DNA of 63,869 bases, filler included, from Anaerolineae bacterium (GTDB lineage: Bacteria > Chloroflexota > Anaerolineae > Epilineales > Epilineaceae), in assembly GCA_029262755.1 (NCBI GenBank). It is 7 parts of 7 records of this genome, joined end to end, with 100 filler letters (N's around TTAATTAATTAA, not from the genome) between each part and the next. Parts side by side here need not be neighbours in the genome. Positions count along the whole stretch, not along the records: positions 38,533 to 53,447 come from JAJCYU010000394.1; positions 53,548 to 60,029 come from JAJCYU010000395.1; 5 more parts are not named here. One strand, given 5' to 3'. The position numbers and the translations under genes were made by a program. The notes under the pieces were generated by a model that searched no databases, was not told where the DNA came from, and saw nothing but the letters and a program-made list of their open reading frames with translations. The stretch's first letter is position 1; each line of letters begins with the position of its first letter. Below, piece after piece: positions 47,699-58,319 of the stretch.

Positions 47699-49746
47699 AT
47701 GATCGCGCTCTCAGTCATTTCGCAGCCGCGACAGATTCGGGCCGCTCGACCGTTAAGGTATGCATGAAGAGTGCCGTTCTCGTCGCGACGCTGATGTGTC
47801 TGGCCATGCTGCGGCCGCCGCCGGCTGCCTCCGGGTCGGCGCGGATCGCAGGTCCAGATCACAACGCCGCGCGTGCCGACCGCACGTCCGACGCAACGCC
47901 TGCACCAAGCCCCTGCCGTGCGCACCTAACCCGGCAGGTCGATCCGCCGCGCGTTGCCATCGGCGATTCGGTCACCGTGACCCTGGCAATCGTGCTCGAT
48001 TGCCCCGACGAACCGCTGCCCCTGGACGTCGCCCTCGTCATCGATCGTTCTCCGTCCATGAAGGGCGCTGCGATCGCCGATGCGCGTGCCGCTGCGAGCC
48101 AGTTCGTCAATGCCATTGACGTAGAGCGGCACGCGGTAGGCATCGCCTCGTTTCACAATCGCGCCACGATCGATGCGCGCTTGTCCGGAGACCGGCGCTA
48201 CGTGCTTTCCGCGATTCACGCATTGGAGGTGCCGCTGCGGGGCGGGACGGACATCGCCGATGGTCTGCGAGCAGGCGGGCGAATACTGACCGACGATCGA
48301 GCACGATCCGAAGCGGGAAGCGTGCTCATCCTGCTCTCGGACGGGCAGAACAACTACGGACCGCTGCCCGTGCTGCAATCGGCACAATTGCTGCGCCGAG
48401 CGGGCGTGCACATCGTGACCGTCGCGCTCGGCGGGGCAGCGGACGCAGAGCTCCTAGCGGCGATCGCAAGCAGCCCGGACGATGCGTTGCGCGCACCCTT
48501 CAGCCGCGACCTGCGACCGGTGTTCGCACGGATCGCAGAGCGAATGGCCTCGATCGTCGCACGCGATGTGGATGTCGCAGATCGCTTGCCCGAAAGCATG
48601 GGCTACGTACGGGGCTCGTCCCGTCCCGAAGCAACCTTCGATGGCCGCTCTTTGGCGTGGCGGCTTCCCCTGATGCCGCTGGGTGGGGTGGAGCTGCGAT
48701 GGCGTCTGCGGCCCACAGAGCTGGGTACGCAACCGGTGAGCAGCGGCGGCGAAATCCAATTCGTCGACAGCCTCGGTCGCCCGGGCTCCGCCGCGCTACC
48801 GAACGGTCGGATCGAGGTTGTTGCGCCGTCCGATCTGTGGACGTCGACGCCCAGCGCTTCAGCGAGCACGCCCGGCACGCCCGGCACGCCCGGCACGCTC
48901 GGCACGCCCAGCGCGACGCCGGACCCCTCCTCCACGCCTCCCGATGGCCGCGCCACCGAAGTGACGCCCGTCGGCACGCCGCCGGAGCGTGCTACGCCCT
49001 CCCCCGTCGGTCCCGGAACGCAAGAACCGCCCCGCGGCACGCCGCGTCCTGGGGCGCCGACGGGGGTGGCCACGGCGCGTGCGCCGACCCACACACCGAC
49101 GCTCATCTCGACGACACAGCGTTCTCCACGGTACTTGCCGTGGCTTGGATCCGCGGCTTGTGTGCGGGTCGGGAGACCGCAGGACGTGGTGCTCGCCCTT
49201 GACGTCAGCACGACCATGCTGCGACCCGGCCCCGACGGCCGTCCCCTGGTGGAGGTGGCGGGAGAGGCCGCGCGCGATCTTGCGAGTCTTGTCCTCGACC
49301 AGATTCCGGGTTCGCGGGTGGGTCTGGTGACCTTCCATGAGCAGGCGCGGCCGGTCGTGGGCCTTACGGACGACCACGGGTTGCTATCCAGCGCCCTGAC
49401 CGCGCTGGGCACCGACCAGGGTTCGCGCATCGATCGGGGTCTTGCTGCCGCGTTGGCGGCCATCCGTGCCGGCCCGGACCTGCCGGCGGCGGATCACCGC
49501 TACGCAGCGATCGTGTTGGTGACGGACGGCGAGGTCGTCGGTGCAACCGAAGCCGCGGTGATCGCGCGGGCGGAGGAAGCCCGCGACGCGGGCGTGACCG
49601 TCTGGGTCGTCGATCTGGGGGACGCGTCGCATCGAACCTTCCTAGCCGAGGTCGCAGGCGGAACGCAGCGCCGCATCCATGGTGCGCAAGGCGATCGGAT
49701 CGTCCAGGCGCTGCGCACGGTCGGCAACAGGCTGCGGTGCCCGTAG
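47695..49746 (+). CDS. Secreted protein with two vWA domains, an Ig-like module and a Pro/Thr linker
   Basis: MIDAS DRSPSM...LLSDG and a second DVSTTM...LVTDG; GTG overlaps the cytochrome stop; alternative start 47764. Confidence 0.9.
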   Translation: MNDRALSHFAAATDSGRSTVKVCMKSAVLVATLMCLAMLRPPPAASGSARIAGPDHNAARADRTSDATPAPSPCRAHLTRQVDPPRVAIGDSVTVTLAIVLDCPDEPLPLDVALVIDRSPSMKGAAIADARAAASQFVNAIDVERHAVGIASFHNRATIDARLSGDRRYVLSAIHALEVPLRGGTDIADGLRAGGRILTDDRARSEAGSVLILLSDGQNNYGPLPVLQSAQLLRRAGVHIVTVALGGAADAELLAAIASSPDDALRAPFSRDLRPVFARIAERMASIVARDVDVADRLPESMGYVRGSSRPEATFDGRSLAWRLPLMPLGGVELRWRLRPTELGTQPVSSGGEIQFVDSLGRPGSAALPNGRIEVVAPSDLWTSTPSASASTPGTPGTPGTLGTPSATPDPSSTPPDGRATEVTPVGTPPERATPSPVGPGTQEPPRGTPRPGAPTGVATARAPTHTPTLISTTQRSPRYLPWLGSAACVRVGRPQDVVLALDVSTTMLRPGPDGRPLVEVAGEAARDLASLVLDQIPGSRVGLVTFHEQARPVVGLTDDHGLLSSALTALGTDQGSRIDRGLAAALAAIRAGPDLPAADHRYAAIVLVTDGEVVGATEAAVIARAEEARDAGVTVWVVDLGDASHRTFLAEVAGGTQRRIHGAQGDRIVQALRTVGNRLRCP

Positions 49747-50081
49747 CCTCGACCGGCGCGGCGGGGCTTCGGCCTCGATTGGTCCTTTACCCCCAACAAC
49801 GTGTCTGCTAGCCTGCCGAGCCTACGCGCTGTTGGCCCCGTGCAGATTCCCCGAACAAGATCCCCGATTCGGTCATCGTTCGGTGTTTGTTGACTGCGCA
49901 TGGAAGCTCCGCATCGCGGCCAGACACGGCGCCGAATGACCTCGGGTGTGATGCGGTACGAAACCGTGACCGTCGTTCGGGTGCCTGAGCGACGATCGCT
50001 ATCAACCTCCTGTGGCGCGCCTCCCAAGAGAGATCCCCCATCGTAGAGCTCCTGCGCGACCGTCGCGTTTGGCTGGGCATC

Positions 50082-51113
50082 GTGATCAGCGTGATCTCCC
50101 TATGGCTGGCCATGCGCGGCATGGATCTGCGGACGCTGGCCTCAGTTCTTGCCACCGGCCGATATGGATGGCTCGTTCCGGCGATCGTCGTGATCGTGAC
50201 GGGGCAGTGGGCGCGTGCCATTCGGTGGCGCATGCTCTTTGGGCGCGTCGAAAAGCCGAGCGCGCGCGACACGTTTTGGATCATCTCGGTCGGTTACCTG
50301 GTCAGCACCGTCCTGCCCCTACGCCTGGGAGACCCTATGCGGGCCTGGCTGGTGGAGACCAGGACGCCGGCCGGCGGCGCGGAGGCGCTCGCCGCTGTGG
50401 TCGTCGAGCGGGTGCTGGATCTGATCACGATCTTCGCCATGCTCGCGATCTGGTTGCCGGCTCCCGCCGCGGTCCTGCTCGAAGCGCAGCTCGGCGCCGG
50501 CTGGTGGTCGAGCCCTGGTCGGCTGCGCATCGCCACGGCGAGTTTCGTGCTGCTGGCCTACGCCGTGGTGCTCGTCATGGGTCGAGCCTCGGGCCTCCTG
50601 GCGCGCGTCGGCGGCAACATGGCGGCCTTGGCCACGCGGCTGCCCGGGATTCGTGTCGCGCCGGCGGATGCGCGAAGGTTCGCACACGGCCAAATCGAGC
50701 GCTTCGGCGGTGCGTTCCACGCGCTCTCGCGGCCGAGCGCCGCACTGGCTGCTCTTTCTTGGTCGGCCATCGTCTGGGGGCTTGGTGGTCTCAGCTACTG
50801 GCTCGTCATGCCGGCCACCGGACTCCAACCCACGGTGTCGGCGGCGGTGTTCGCGATGGGGGCGGCCGCTCTGTTCGCCATCATTCCAAGCTCACCCGGA
50901 TACGTGGGGGTGTTCCACGCAGCCGTTGTGGCCGCGCTCTGGATCCTGCTCGACATTCCGCGGGAACAGGCGCTCGGCTACGCGATCGTCCTGCACGCCG
51001 TCACGTTCCTCACCCTGATCGTTTTGGGCGTTGCCGGAATGTGGTCGCTCGGACTGCGTTGGGAAGGCTTGTCGCGTCGAGCGCAGCGGCTCAGCGGAGG
51101 CGATCCGGCGTAA
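50082..51113 (+). CDS. Lysylphosphatidylglycerol synthase TM domain / flippase-like membrane protein
   Basis: RAIRWRML, LPLRLGD, VVERVLD, IPSSPGYVGVFH; the true start is probably a little upstream (frame open to about 50040 or earlier). Confidence 0.88.
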   Translation: MISVISLWLAMRGMDLRTLASVLATGRYGWLVPAIVVIVTGQWARAIRWRMLFGRVEKPSARDTFWIISVGYLVSTVLPLRLGDPMRAWLVETRTPAGGAEALAAVVVERVLDLITIFAMLAIWLPAPAAVLLEAQLGAGWWSSPGRLRIATASFVLLAYAVVLVMGRASGLLARVGGNMAALATRLPGIRVAPADARRFAHGQIERFGGAFHALSRPSAALAALSWSAIVWGLGGLSYWLVMPATGLQPTVSAAVFAMGAAALFAIIPSSPGYVGVFHAAVVAALWILLDIPREQALGYAIVLHAVTFLTLIVLGVAGMWSLGLRWEGLSRRAQRLSGGDPA

Positions 51114-51414
51114 CCGCTCTGCGTCCAGCCTTGGCAGGCCGGCCGTCCCGATTCGGGTCGTCATACAGACTCGCGTCGTCGCAACCCGGCGTCTTCGCTT
51201 CCTTGCGCTTTGCACGTCGGGTGACCGCGACCGCAATCGGCCGGCGTTTTTCGTTGAATGCGGGGCAAGCCCCGTCTATACTCGTCCGGCTTTGCCTGGA
51301 TTCGCTGTTGTATCGTCGATCATGTCGCTGCGGCGAGCTCGGCGGATCCGCGAGCAATGCATCCGTGCCCAAGCCGACGTGATCGATCCGTTCGCTGCCT
51401 TTTCGGAGGAGTGC

Positions 51415-52332
51415 GTGAACCGAGTCCCCGTGCCGGTCGAGCATCCTTCCGCCGGTGACGCGTCGGAATCGTGGCCCTACGATGGCGAGCGCTTGGCGCG
51501 GATGTTGGCCAACGAAGCCGATATGTCTTTCCCACGGCGTGCCGACGCCGTGTACGACTTCTTGCGAATCGGCCCGCGGCACCGCGTGTTGGATATGGGC
51601 TGCGGTCGCGGGTTCTATCTGAAGTTCACCCGCGAGTTGTATCCGGAAGCGGACGTCGTCGGCGTCGAGCTCGACACGCCGCTCTTGGACCGGGCGCGGT
51701 CTGCCGTGCCCGGCGTACGGGTGTTGTCGGCGGACGTACGCGCCCTGCCTTTCGCGGACGGGGCATTCGATCGGATCGTGTTTACGGAGGTCATTGAGCA
51801 CATCGCGGACGACGCGGCGGCGTTGCGCGAGCTGGCACGCGTATGCGCACCCGGTGGCGTCATGGCGCTGACGACGCCGAATGCCGACTATCCGTTGGCG
51901 TGGGATCCGATCAACCGCGTGCTCGAAGTTGTAGGCGCGCAGCCGATCCGAACCGGCCTTCTCTCTGGCATCTGGGCCAACCACGAGCGCCTCTACGAAC
52001 CCGAGCAGCTCGCACGGCTCGCGGCGGATTCGGGTTGGATTGTGGAAGAGGCTCGGGCGTTCACCCACTACAGCATGCCGTTCATCCACAATCTGGTGTA
52101 CGGCCTCGGCAAGGAACTCCTGGAGGCGGGTGCGTTGCCGCCCTCCATGGCGGCCGCGGCGGACCGATTCAATACCGACGGGAACGAAGGCAGTGGTCTG
52201 AACCCCGTGCGGATCGGACTGCGGACACTGCGCGCATTCGACCGTCTGAACGACCACCGACCGCCGACCTTCGACCAGTCCTATCTCATCACGGCGTTGA
52301 AGCTGCGCAAGCCTACGGAGACCAACGCGTGA
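51415..52332 (+). CDS. Class I SAM-dependent methyltransferase
   Basis: VLDMGCGRG motif I, LPFADGAFD, EVIEHI, TTPN; GGAGGAG RBS before GTG 51415. Confidence 0.9.
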   Translation: MNRVPVPVEHPSAGDASESWPYDGERLARMLANEADMSFPRRADAVYDFLRIGPRHRVLDMGCGRGFYLKFTRELYPEADVVGVELDTPLLDRARSAVPGVRVLSADVRALPFADGAFDRIVFTEVIEHIADDAAALRELARVCAPGGVMALTTPNADYPLAWDPINRVLEVVGAQPIRTGLLSGIWANHERLYEPEQLARLAADSGWIVEEARAFTHYSMPFIHNLVYGLGKELLEAGALPPSMAAAADRFNTDGNEGSGLNPVRIGLRTLRAFDRLNDHRPPTFDQSYLITALKLRKPTETNA

Positions 52333-53447
52333 TTGATTCCCCCACCCCCTCGCGACGCGCGATTCCGACCTGGGTGCTATACGTAGCCCTTGCCGCCATT
52401 CTCGCCGCGGCCGCGGGACTCCGCCTCGTGGGCCAGGATTGGGATGCGGGGCACCACCTCCATCCGGATGAACGCTTCCTTACGATGGTCGGCTCGTCGC
52501 TCGGCATGCCGCAGGACGTGCTCGGCTATCTGGACACGGATACGTCGCCGCTCAATCCGCGCAACATGGGCCACAACTTTCTCTCCTACGGCACGTGGTC
52601 CATAACGTTGACGCGCCTGTTCGCAGAGCGACTCGGCAAGACCTCCTACTCGAATATCTATCTGGTTGGGCGATCGGTGAGTGCCTGGCTGGACGTCCTA
52701 TCCGTGCTTCTCGTGTTTGGTCTTGGGCTTCGTCTTTACGGCCGAAGGGTCGGCCTGCTCGCCGCCTTGCTTACGGCGTTTACGGCCTTCCACATTCAGC
52801 AAGCACATTTCTATACGGTCGAGTCTGCGCTTACCGCGTTCGTTCTTCTCGCACTCTTTGGCCTGGCGGGCGCCCTGCGCGCCACGACGCCGCGCCGCAT
52901 CGCCCTTGAACTCACCCTCGCAGGGTTGGGTCTTGGCATGGCATTGGGCACGAAAGTATCGGTGTGGCTGCTGGCGCCGGTGGCCGTCGTCGTCCTGCTG
53001 GCCGCCGCGTTCCGCCGGTCGCGAAGCCCGTCCGCAACGGACGACGTGCTCGCCGATGGCGGCGGGATCGACGCACCTCGCGCGGCTGGCGGCGTCCCGG
53101 AGCCGGCGCTACCTGGTACCACGGTGACCCTAGCGCCGTCGTCGGCTGACATGGAGGCAACGACAACCGCCGAAATTGAAGCGGAGGAACTGCCCGAAGG
53201 GGCCGTTCACGTCGAATTGGACGCGGGGATCGACGTCGGCCACGGTCTGGACATGGCCGACGCGGGCGTGCCCGAGGCGGGATCGGAGGGGATCTCGAGC
53301 GTTCCGAGCGAGCGTGCTCAGCGTACGTCGTCGGCGGGCGAGTTCTCAATGACCGAGTCGGTCGATGCCGCTGTGACCCAAGAAGAACCGCATACCGCCG
53401 GCGCAGACGAGCCCGTTGCGCCGCTTCCCGAGCAACCGCCGATCGGG
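52329..53447 (+). CDS. GT39/PMT-like membrane glycosyltransferase, 3' truncated by the contig
   Basis: LRLVGQDWDAGHHLHPDERFL, SPLNP, HIQQAHFYTVE, GMALGTK; multiple TM helices. Confidence 0.85.
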
Positions 53448-53547
53448 NNNNNNNNNNNNNNNNNNNNNNNNNNNNNNNNNNNNNNNNNNNNTTAATTAAT
53501 TAANNNNNNNNNNNNNNNNNNNNNNNNNNNNNNNNNNNNNNNNNNNN
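53448..53547. other. Artificial contig-joining spacer
   Basis: 44 N + TTAATTAATTAA + 44 N. Confidence 0.99.
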
Positions 53548-53781
53548 CATGAGGATGCTCGCGTCTGCGGCCCCTGTTAGATCTTGGGTGACCGCCACGA
53601 CCCGCTCGAGGATGATCGGCAGGTCGAGGTGCTCGTTGAGCGCCATGCTGAGCTGCAAGAGCGTGCGCACGCGTTCAACGGGTTCCGGCGCAGGGACCGA
53701 TTCGGCCTGCTGCGTGTCCATGGTTCCAGCGCCCGCCCCGCGCTCGGCGCGCGGGTGGGGGGACGTATTCACCTTCGGCAT
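53548..53781 (-). CDS. 5' fragment of a GAF-domain protein
   Basis: LLQLSMALNEHLDLPIILERVVAVTQDLTGAADASILM is a typical GAF start; GGAGG RBS. Confidence 0.7.
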
Positions 53782-53917
53782 CTTGCCCTCCAAAAAAGAT
53801 TCCTTCTTGGCCTCGGCCCCCAGGACGCTAAGCGGCAGCCAATGGTTACCCGCGTTCCCGTTTCGGGCAATCGTCGCCCTTGCCGCGCCGCTCCGTGCGG
53901 TCTAGCATCGCGCTCTC

Positions 53918-55462
53918 GTGACCCCTCCTACGCCCCGCGCGTCCACCTCCCGTGCAGCCCGCCGTTCCCGCCGCGCGTCGCGCCCGGCGCGGAGACGGCG
54001 ATGGGTGCGCGCGATCGCCATCGCGCTGATTGTCGTTTCGGCCGGCACCGGGGCGCGTCACGTCGTGAAGGCACCCCCGCCCGGAACGGCTGCGGGTTTC
54101 GAGCCAGCGCCGGTCACGCGCGCCGAATTCCTGTCCGACATTACCTGGACGGATGAAGCAGGCAAACGCCACGTCGAGCAAGAGATCTTCGATGCCGCGC
54201 TACGTCTGATCGCCGACGCGCCGTCCTACGTGCTCGCCGATCAATTCCTGTTCAACGCCATGCAGGGCGCAAGCCCGGAGACCACACGCCCCTTGGCTGA
54301 CGAGTTGACCGACGCGCTCATCGCGCGTCACGCGGCGCAGCCACCGGCGACGGTAGCCTTGATCACCGACCCGATCAACACGGTGTACGGCGGACGACGT
54401 TCCCCGCAGCTCGATCGCCTCCGCGCCGCGGGCGTCATCGTGGTCGAGACGGATCTCGCCGCCCTACGTGACAGCAACCCGCTTTGGTCGGGCCCATGGC
54501 GCCTGCTGGTCGCCCCGTGGGGCCGCCCCGCCGCGGACGCCCGAGGGTGGCTGCCCAACCCCTTCAGCAGCGAAGACGGACGGGTCCCCCTCCGCTCCTG
54601 GCTCTCGATGCTCAACTTCAAGGCCAATCACCGCAAGACCCTCGTCGTCGACACCCCCGACGAACCCGGCACCCTGACCGCCGTCGTCAGCTCGGCCAAC
54701 CCGCACGACGGCTCGAGCGCGCACGGCAACGTCGCCCTCCAGGTGACGGGCCCCGTGGCACGCGCCGTCGCGGAGAGCGAGCGGGCGGTCGCGGCCTTCT
54801 CAGGCGTCCCGATCCCGGCGCCGCCGCCCGCGAACGAGGGCCGCAGCGCGAATCGATCCGCGGACGATCCCTCGGTTCGCGTCGGGATGGTCAGCGAGTC
54901 GCGCATCCGGGACGCGCTGCTCGCACATCTGTCCACGGCCGATGAAGAAACAGCGGTCGACGTAGCCATGTTCTACCTCTCCGACCGGCTCGTCGTGGCG
55001 GCGCTGCGCGACGCGGCGGACCGCGGCGCGCACCTACGCCTGCTGCTCGACCCCAACAAGGACGCCTTCGGCCGCACCAAAAACGGCATCCCCAACCGCC
55101 AGGTGGCCTGGGAGCTACGCGAGCACGCGACGGTCCGCTGGTGTGACACCCACGGCGAACAATGCCACGCCAAGCTCGTCCTGATCCGCCCCCTCGAAGG
55201 GCAAGGCGATGCAACGCTGCTGATCGGCTCCGCCAACCTCACCCGCCGCAACCTGGGCGACCTCAACCTCGAGACCGACTTGCTCGTCGAAGGCCCCTCC
55301 GATGCGCCGGTCTTGCACGACGCACGCGCGTGGTTCGAAGGGCGTTGGGCCAACGAGCCCGGCCGCGTCTTCAGCGTCGGCTACGACACGTGGGCCGACC
55401 CCACGCTGTGGAAGCGGATCCTGTACCGCGTCATGGAAGCGACGGGGCTGAGCACCTTCTAG
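53918..55462 (+). CDS. Phospholipase D family protein
   Basis: HxKxxxxD motif NHRKTLVVD with SSANPHDGS; second HAK...GSANLTRRN; N-terminal TM helix. Confidence 0.9.
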   Translation: MTPPTPRASTSRAARRSRRASRPARRRRWVRAIAIALIVVSAGTGARHVVKAPPPGTAAGFEPAPVTRAEFLSDITWTDEAGKRHVEQEIFDAALRLIADAPSYVLADQFLFNAMQGASPETTRPLADELTDALIARHAAQPPATVALITDPINTVYGGRRSPQLDRLRAAGVIVVETDLAALRDSNPLWSGPWRLLVAPWGRPAADARGWLPNPFSSEDGRVPLRSWLSMLNFKANHRKTLVVDTPDEPGTLTAVVSSANPHDGSSAHGNVALQVTGPVARAVAESERAVAAFSGVPIPAPPPANEGRSANRSADDPSVRVGMVSESRIRDALLAHLSTADEETAVDVAMFYLSDRLVVAALRDAADRGAHLRLLLDPNKDAFGRTKNGIPNRQVAWELREHATVRWCDTHGEQCHAKLVLIRPLEGQGDATLLIGSANLTRRNLGDLNLETDLLVEGPSDAPVLHDARAWFEGRWANEPGRVFSVGYDTWADPTLWKRILYRVMEATGLSTF

Positions 55463-55565
55463 CCGGGGCCCGATCGCGCCCTCACATCTCGCGCGCACTG
55501 AACATCCGTGCTAGCCTGCCGCGGCCGGCCGCCCCGCTTCCTGCAACCCGCCGGCGGGAGACCGT

Positions 55566-58154
55566 ATGCCCCGCATGTCTCGTACGCCTCGTCCCTTCGA
55601 ATCGCCGCCCCCGTCGCACGTTGACCCCGCAACGCAGTCGACATCCGATGCACGCTCGCAGCCGACGTCCGGCTCGACAGCCACGGCGCGCTCGCAGCCT
55701 ACGTCCGGCTCGGCCCCGCAGTCACGCGCGGTCTCCTCCGCGCGAACGTTCGCCCCCCGCATTGCGACCGCGCTCGTCGCCGCGCTCGCGCTGGGCGCCG
55801 CCGTCGTGGCCGCGACGGTCGCACCGGCCGCCATGCTGGCGCAGAACGCCACGCACATTCGCGACATCCAAGGTGATTGCCACACGTCGCCGATGGTCGG
55901 AACGGCGGTGGCCGACGTGCCGGGCATCGTCACGGTCGTGCGCAGAGACCACATCTACGTACAGGATCCGGCGCCCGACAGGCGTGTATCGACCTCCGAG
56001 GGCATCCGCGTGATGCTCCCGGACGCCACGTCCGACGGTATCGACCCGGGCGACGAGGTCGCCATGAGCGGGACGGTGCGCGAGGTGGTCGATGCGGACG
56101 CCGAATGCTGCCCAGTGACCCAGCTGGACGATGTAGACGTGCGCGTCCTCTCCAGCGGCAACGAGCTGCCGGCGCCCATCGTGGTCGGAGAAGGCGGGCG
56201 GGTGCCGCCGAGCGAGGTGATCGACGACGACGGCAACACGGTATGCAATCCCACCGTGGACGGGCTCGACTTCTGGGAGTCCCTCGAGCATATGCGCGTT
56301 CAGGTCAACGAGCCGCTCGTGGTCGGCGCGAGCAAGGGCGGCGACGTGGTCGTCGTCGGCGATCGCGGGCGCCAAGCCACGGGGCTATCCGCCCGGGGCG
56401 CGCTGACCATCGCAGCGGACGATTTCAACCCGGAGCGGCTGCATATCGATCCGCTCAACCAGAACCTGCCGCGGCTCTGGGTCGGGGACCGACTGGACGG
56501 CTCGGTCGTCGGCGTCGTCACGCCGGTTGATACCCATTGGGAGCTGATGGCCACGTCGCGTCTCACACCGGTTTCGGAGCACCAGGCCGCGATGCGCGTA
56601 CCGGCCGCGGGAGCGGGGACGCTCTCCGTAGCGAGCTTCAACGTGAAGAACCTGAACGTTACCCAAGTTCCGCAGCGCTTTCTGGATCTGGCCGCAATCA
56701 TCGTCGACAACCTCGCGGCGCCCGATCTCGTCGCGCTACAGGAGATCCAGGACGACAACGGTCCCGGCGACGACGGCAGCAAGCGCGTGAGCGCCCGGCT
56801 CACGCTGGACACACTCGTCGGCGCCATCGAAGAAGTCGGCGGACCAACCTACACGTGGCACCAGATCGACCCCAAGTACGGCAATGACGGCGGGGCGATC
56901 GTATCGAACATCCGCACGGCCTTCCTCGTGCGCGGCGACGGCCCGCTGCGTCTGGTGGAGCGCGGCCAACCGGATGCGACCACCGCGACGCGCGTGCTGG
57001 CCCCGGAGCCTGGCGAGGGCTCCGACCCGCGCTTGTCGCTCAGCCCCGGCCGGATCGAACCGACCAATTCAGCGTTTCGGACCAGCCGCAAACCGCTTGC
57101 GGCGGAGCTTCGCTGGGGCAACCGAACGCTCTTTGCGATCAACGTCCATTACAACGCGCGCCTCAGCAACGACCCGCTCTTGTGTTGCACGCAGCCGCCC
57201 GTGCTGCACAGCGAGGAGCGCCGCGTAGAGCAGGGCCGGGCGGTGCAACGTTTTGTAGCGGAGCTGATGGCCGTCGACGAACAAGCGCTGGTTGTTGTAT
57301 TGGGCGATTTCAACACCTTCGACTTCGCGCCGGGCACGGTGGCGACGGCTGGCGACACGCTGATCAACCTCGCCGACGAACTCGACGTTCGCGAACGCTA
57401 CAGCTACATCTACCTGGGCAACGCGCAGATGATCGACCACATGCTGGTCAGCCCCGCCTTGCGCGAATTCGCGACCACCTTCGGCGTGGTCCATGTCAAC
57501 GCCGAGCAACCCGCCGTCGTCCAGGCGAGCGATCACGACCCGCTCCTCGCGCGCTTCGCGCTGAGCGCAGGCCCCGTCGAGCCGCCGCCCGCGCCCAGCG
57601 CCACACCGCGCCCGGCTCCGCCCACGCGCCGTCCCCCGTCGACGGCCGTGCCGACGCCGCGCTTCACGCTGCACACGCGCATCCTGCTGCCCTACACATC
57701 GGCCGATCACGACCTCGGCCGTCGCGCTCCGCTGCGCACGCCCACGGCGGAAGCCACCGCGACGCCGACGCTCCGTCCGACGCCGCGCCCAAGCGCTGAG
57801 CCGACCGCCGCTCCGCCGCCTTCCGCACGCGGCCTACGCATCGCCTACCTGGAGTGCGGCGGCCGCGACGAGCTCGTCCTGCTGCGCCACGCGGGCGGCC
57901 CGGCCATCGACCTCGCGGGTTGGCAGCTCGTCTCGGTTCTCGGCAATCAGCGCCTGGACTTCAGCGCGGGCGTGATGCGGGTCGATGACGAGCTCGAGAT
58001 CCACAGCGGCCCGGACGCGCCGCCCGACGCCACCGGCGTCATCCGCTGGCGCCGCAGCTACGTCTGGACCGACGAAGACGTCGCCGAGCTACGCGATCCG
58101 AGCGGCGAGCGCGTGGACCGCCTGGCTTGCGGCGAGGAGGTTGTAGAGCCGTAG
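55566..58154 (+). CDS. Extracellular nuclease (OB fold + endonuclease/exonuclease/phosphatase + lamin-tail-like domain)
   Basis: IRDIQG...SP, TSEGI, FWESLEHMRV, ASFNVKNL, LQEIQD, LGDFN, IDHMLVS, SDHDP; C-terminal DELVLL...IDLAGWQL. Confidence 0.9.
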   Translation: MPRMSRTPRPFESPPPSHVDPATQSTSDARSQPTSGSTATARSQPTSGSAPQSRAVSSARTFAPRIATALVAALALGAAVVAATVAPAAMLAQNATHIRDIQGDCHTSPMVGTAVADVPGIVTVVRRDHIYVQDPAPDRRVSTSEGIRVMLPDATSDGIDPGDEVAMSGTVREVVDADAECCPVTQLDDVDVRVLSSGNELPAPIVVGEGGRVPPSEVIDDDGNTVCNPTVDGLDFWESLEHMRVQVNEPLVVGASKGGDVVVVGDRGRQATGLSARGALTIAADDFNPERLHIDPLNQNLPRLWVGDRLDGSVVGVVTPVDTHWELMATSRLTPVSEHQAAMRVPAAGAGTLSVASFNVKNLNVTQVPQRFLDLAAIIVDNLAAPDLVALQEIQDDNGPGDDGSKRVSARLTLDTLVGAIEEVGGPTYTWHQIDPKYGNDGGAIVSNIRTAFLVRGDGPLRLVERGQPDATTATRVLAPEPGEGSDPRLSLSPGRIEPTNSAFRTSRKPLAAELRWGNRTLFAINVHYNARLSNDPLLCCTQPPVLHSEERRVEQGRAVQRFVAELMAVDEQALVVVLGDFNTFDFAPGTVATAGDTLINLADELDVRERYSYIYLGNAQMIDHMLVSPALREFATTFGVVHVNAEQPAVVQASDHDPLLARFALSAGPVEPPPAPSATPRPAPPTRRPPSTAVPTPRFTLHTRILLPYTSADHDLGRRAPLRTPTAEATATPTLRPTPRPSAEPTAAPPPSARGLRIAYLECGGRDELVLLRHAGGPAIDLAGWQLVSVLGNQRLDFSAGVMRVDDELEIHSGPDAPPDATGVIRWRRSYVWTDEDVAELRDPSGERVDRLACGEEVVEP

Positions 58155-58160
58155 GCAGTG

Positions 58161-58214
58161 GGGACTGTCGGCCGGTGGTCCTGGCTGCCGGTTGGGACTG
58201 TCGGCCGGTGGTCC
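58161..58214. repeat. 21-bp direct repeat x2 (33-bp period), intergenic
   Basis: GGGACTGTCGGCCGGTGGTCC at 58161 and 58194. Confidence 0.8.
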
Positions 58215-58319
58215 GTTGCCCGTGGCGGGCGCGGTGCATGCGCGCTCGGGCGCCATATTCGACCCCAGTGCCAGGTGAGGGAGCGCATCCCACCGCTCTT
58301 GAGCGAGCTTCCCGTCCGC

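Noticed and set aside
48866..48910. 9-bp CACGCCCGG repeats
   Set aside because: They simply encode the TPG low-complexity linker of the vWA protein
58161..58214. Mini-CRISPR
   Set aside because: Only two 21-bp copies with a 12-bp gap, too short for a spacer
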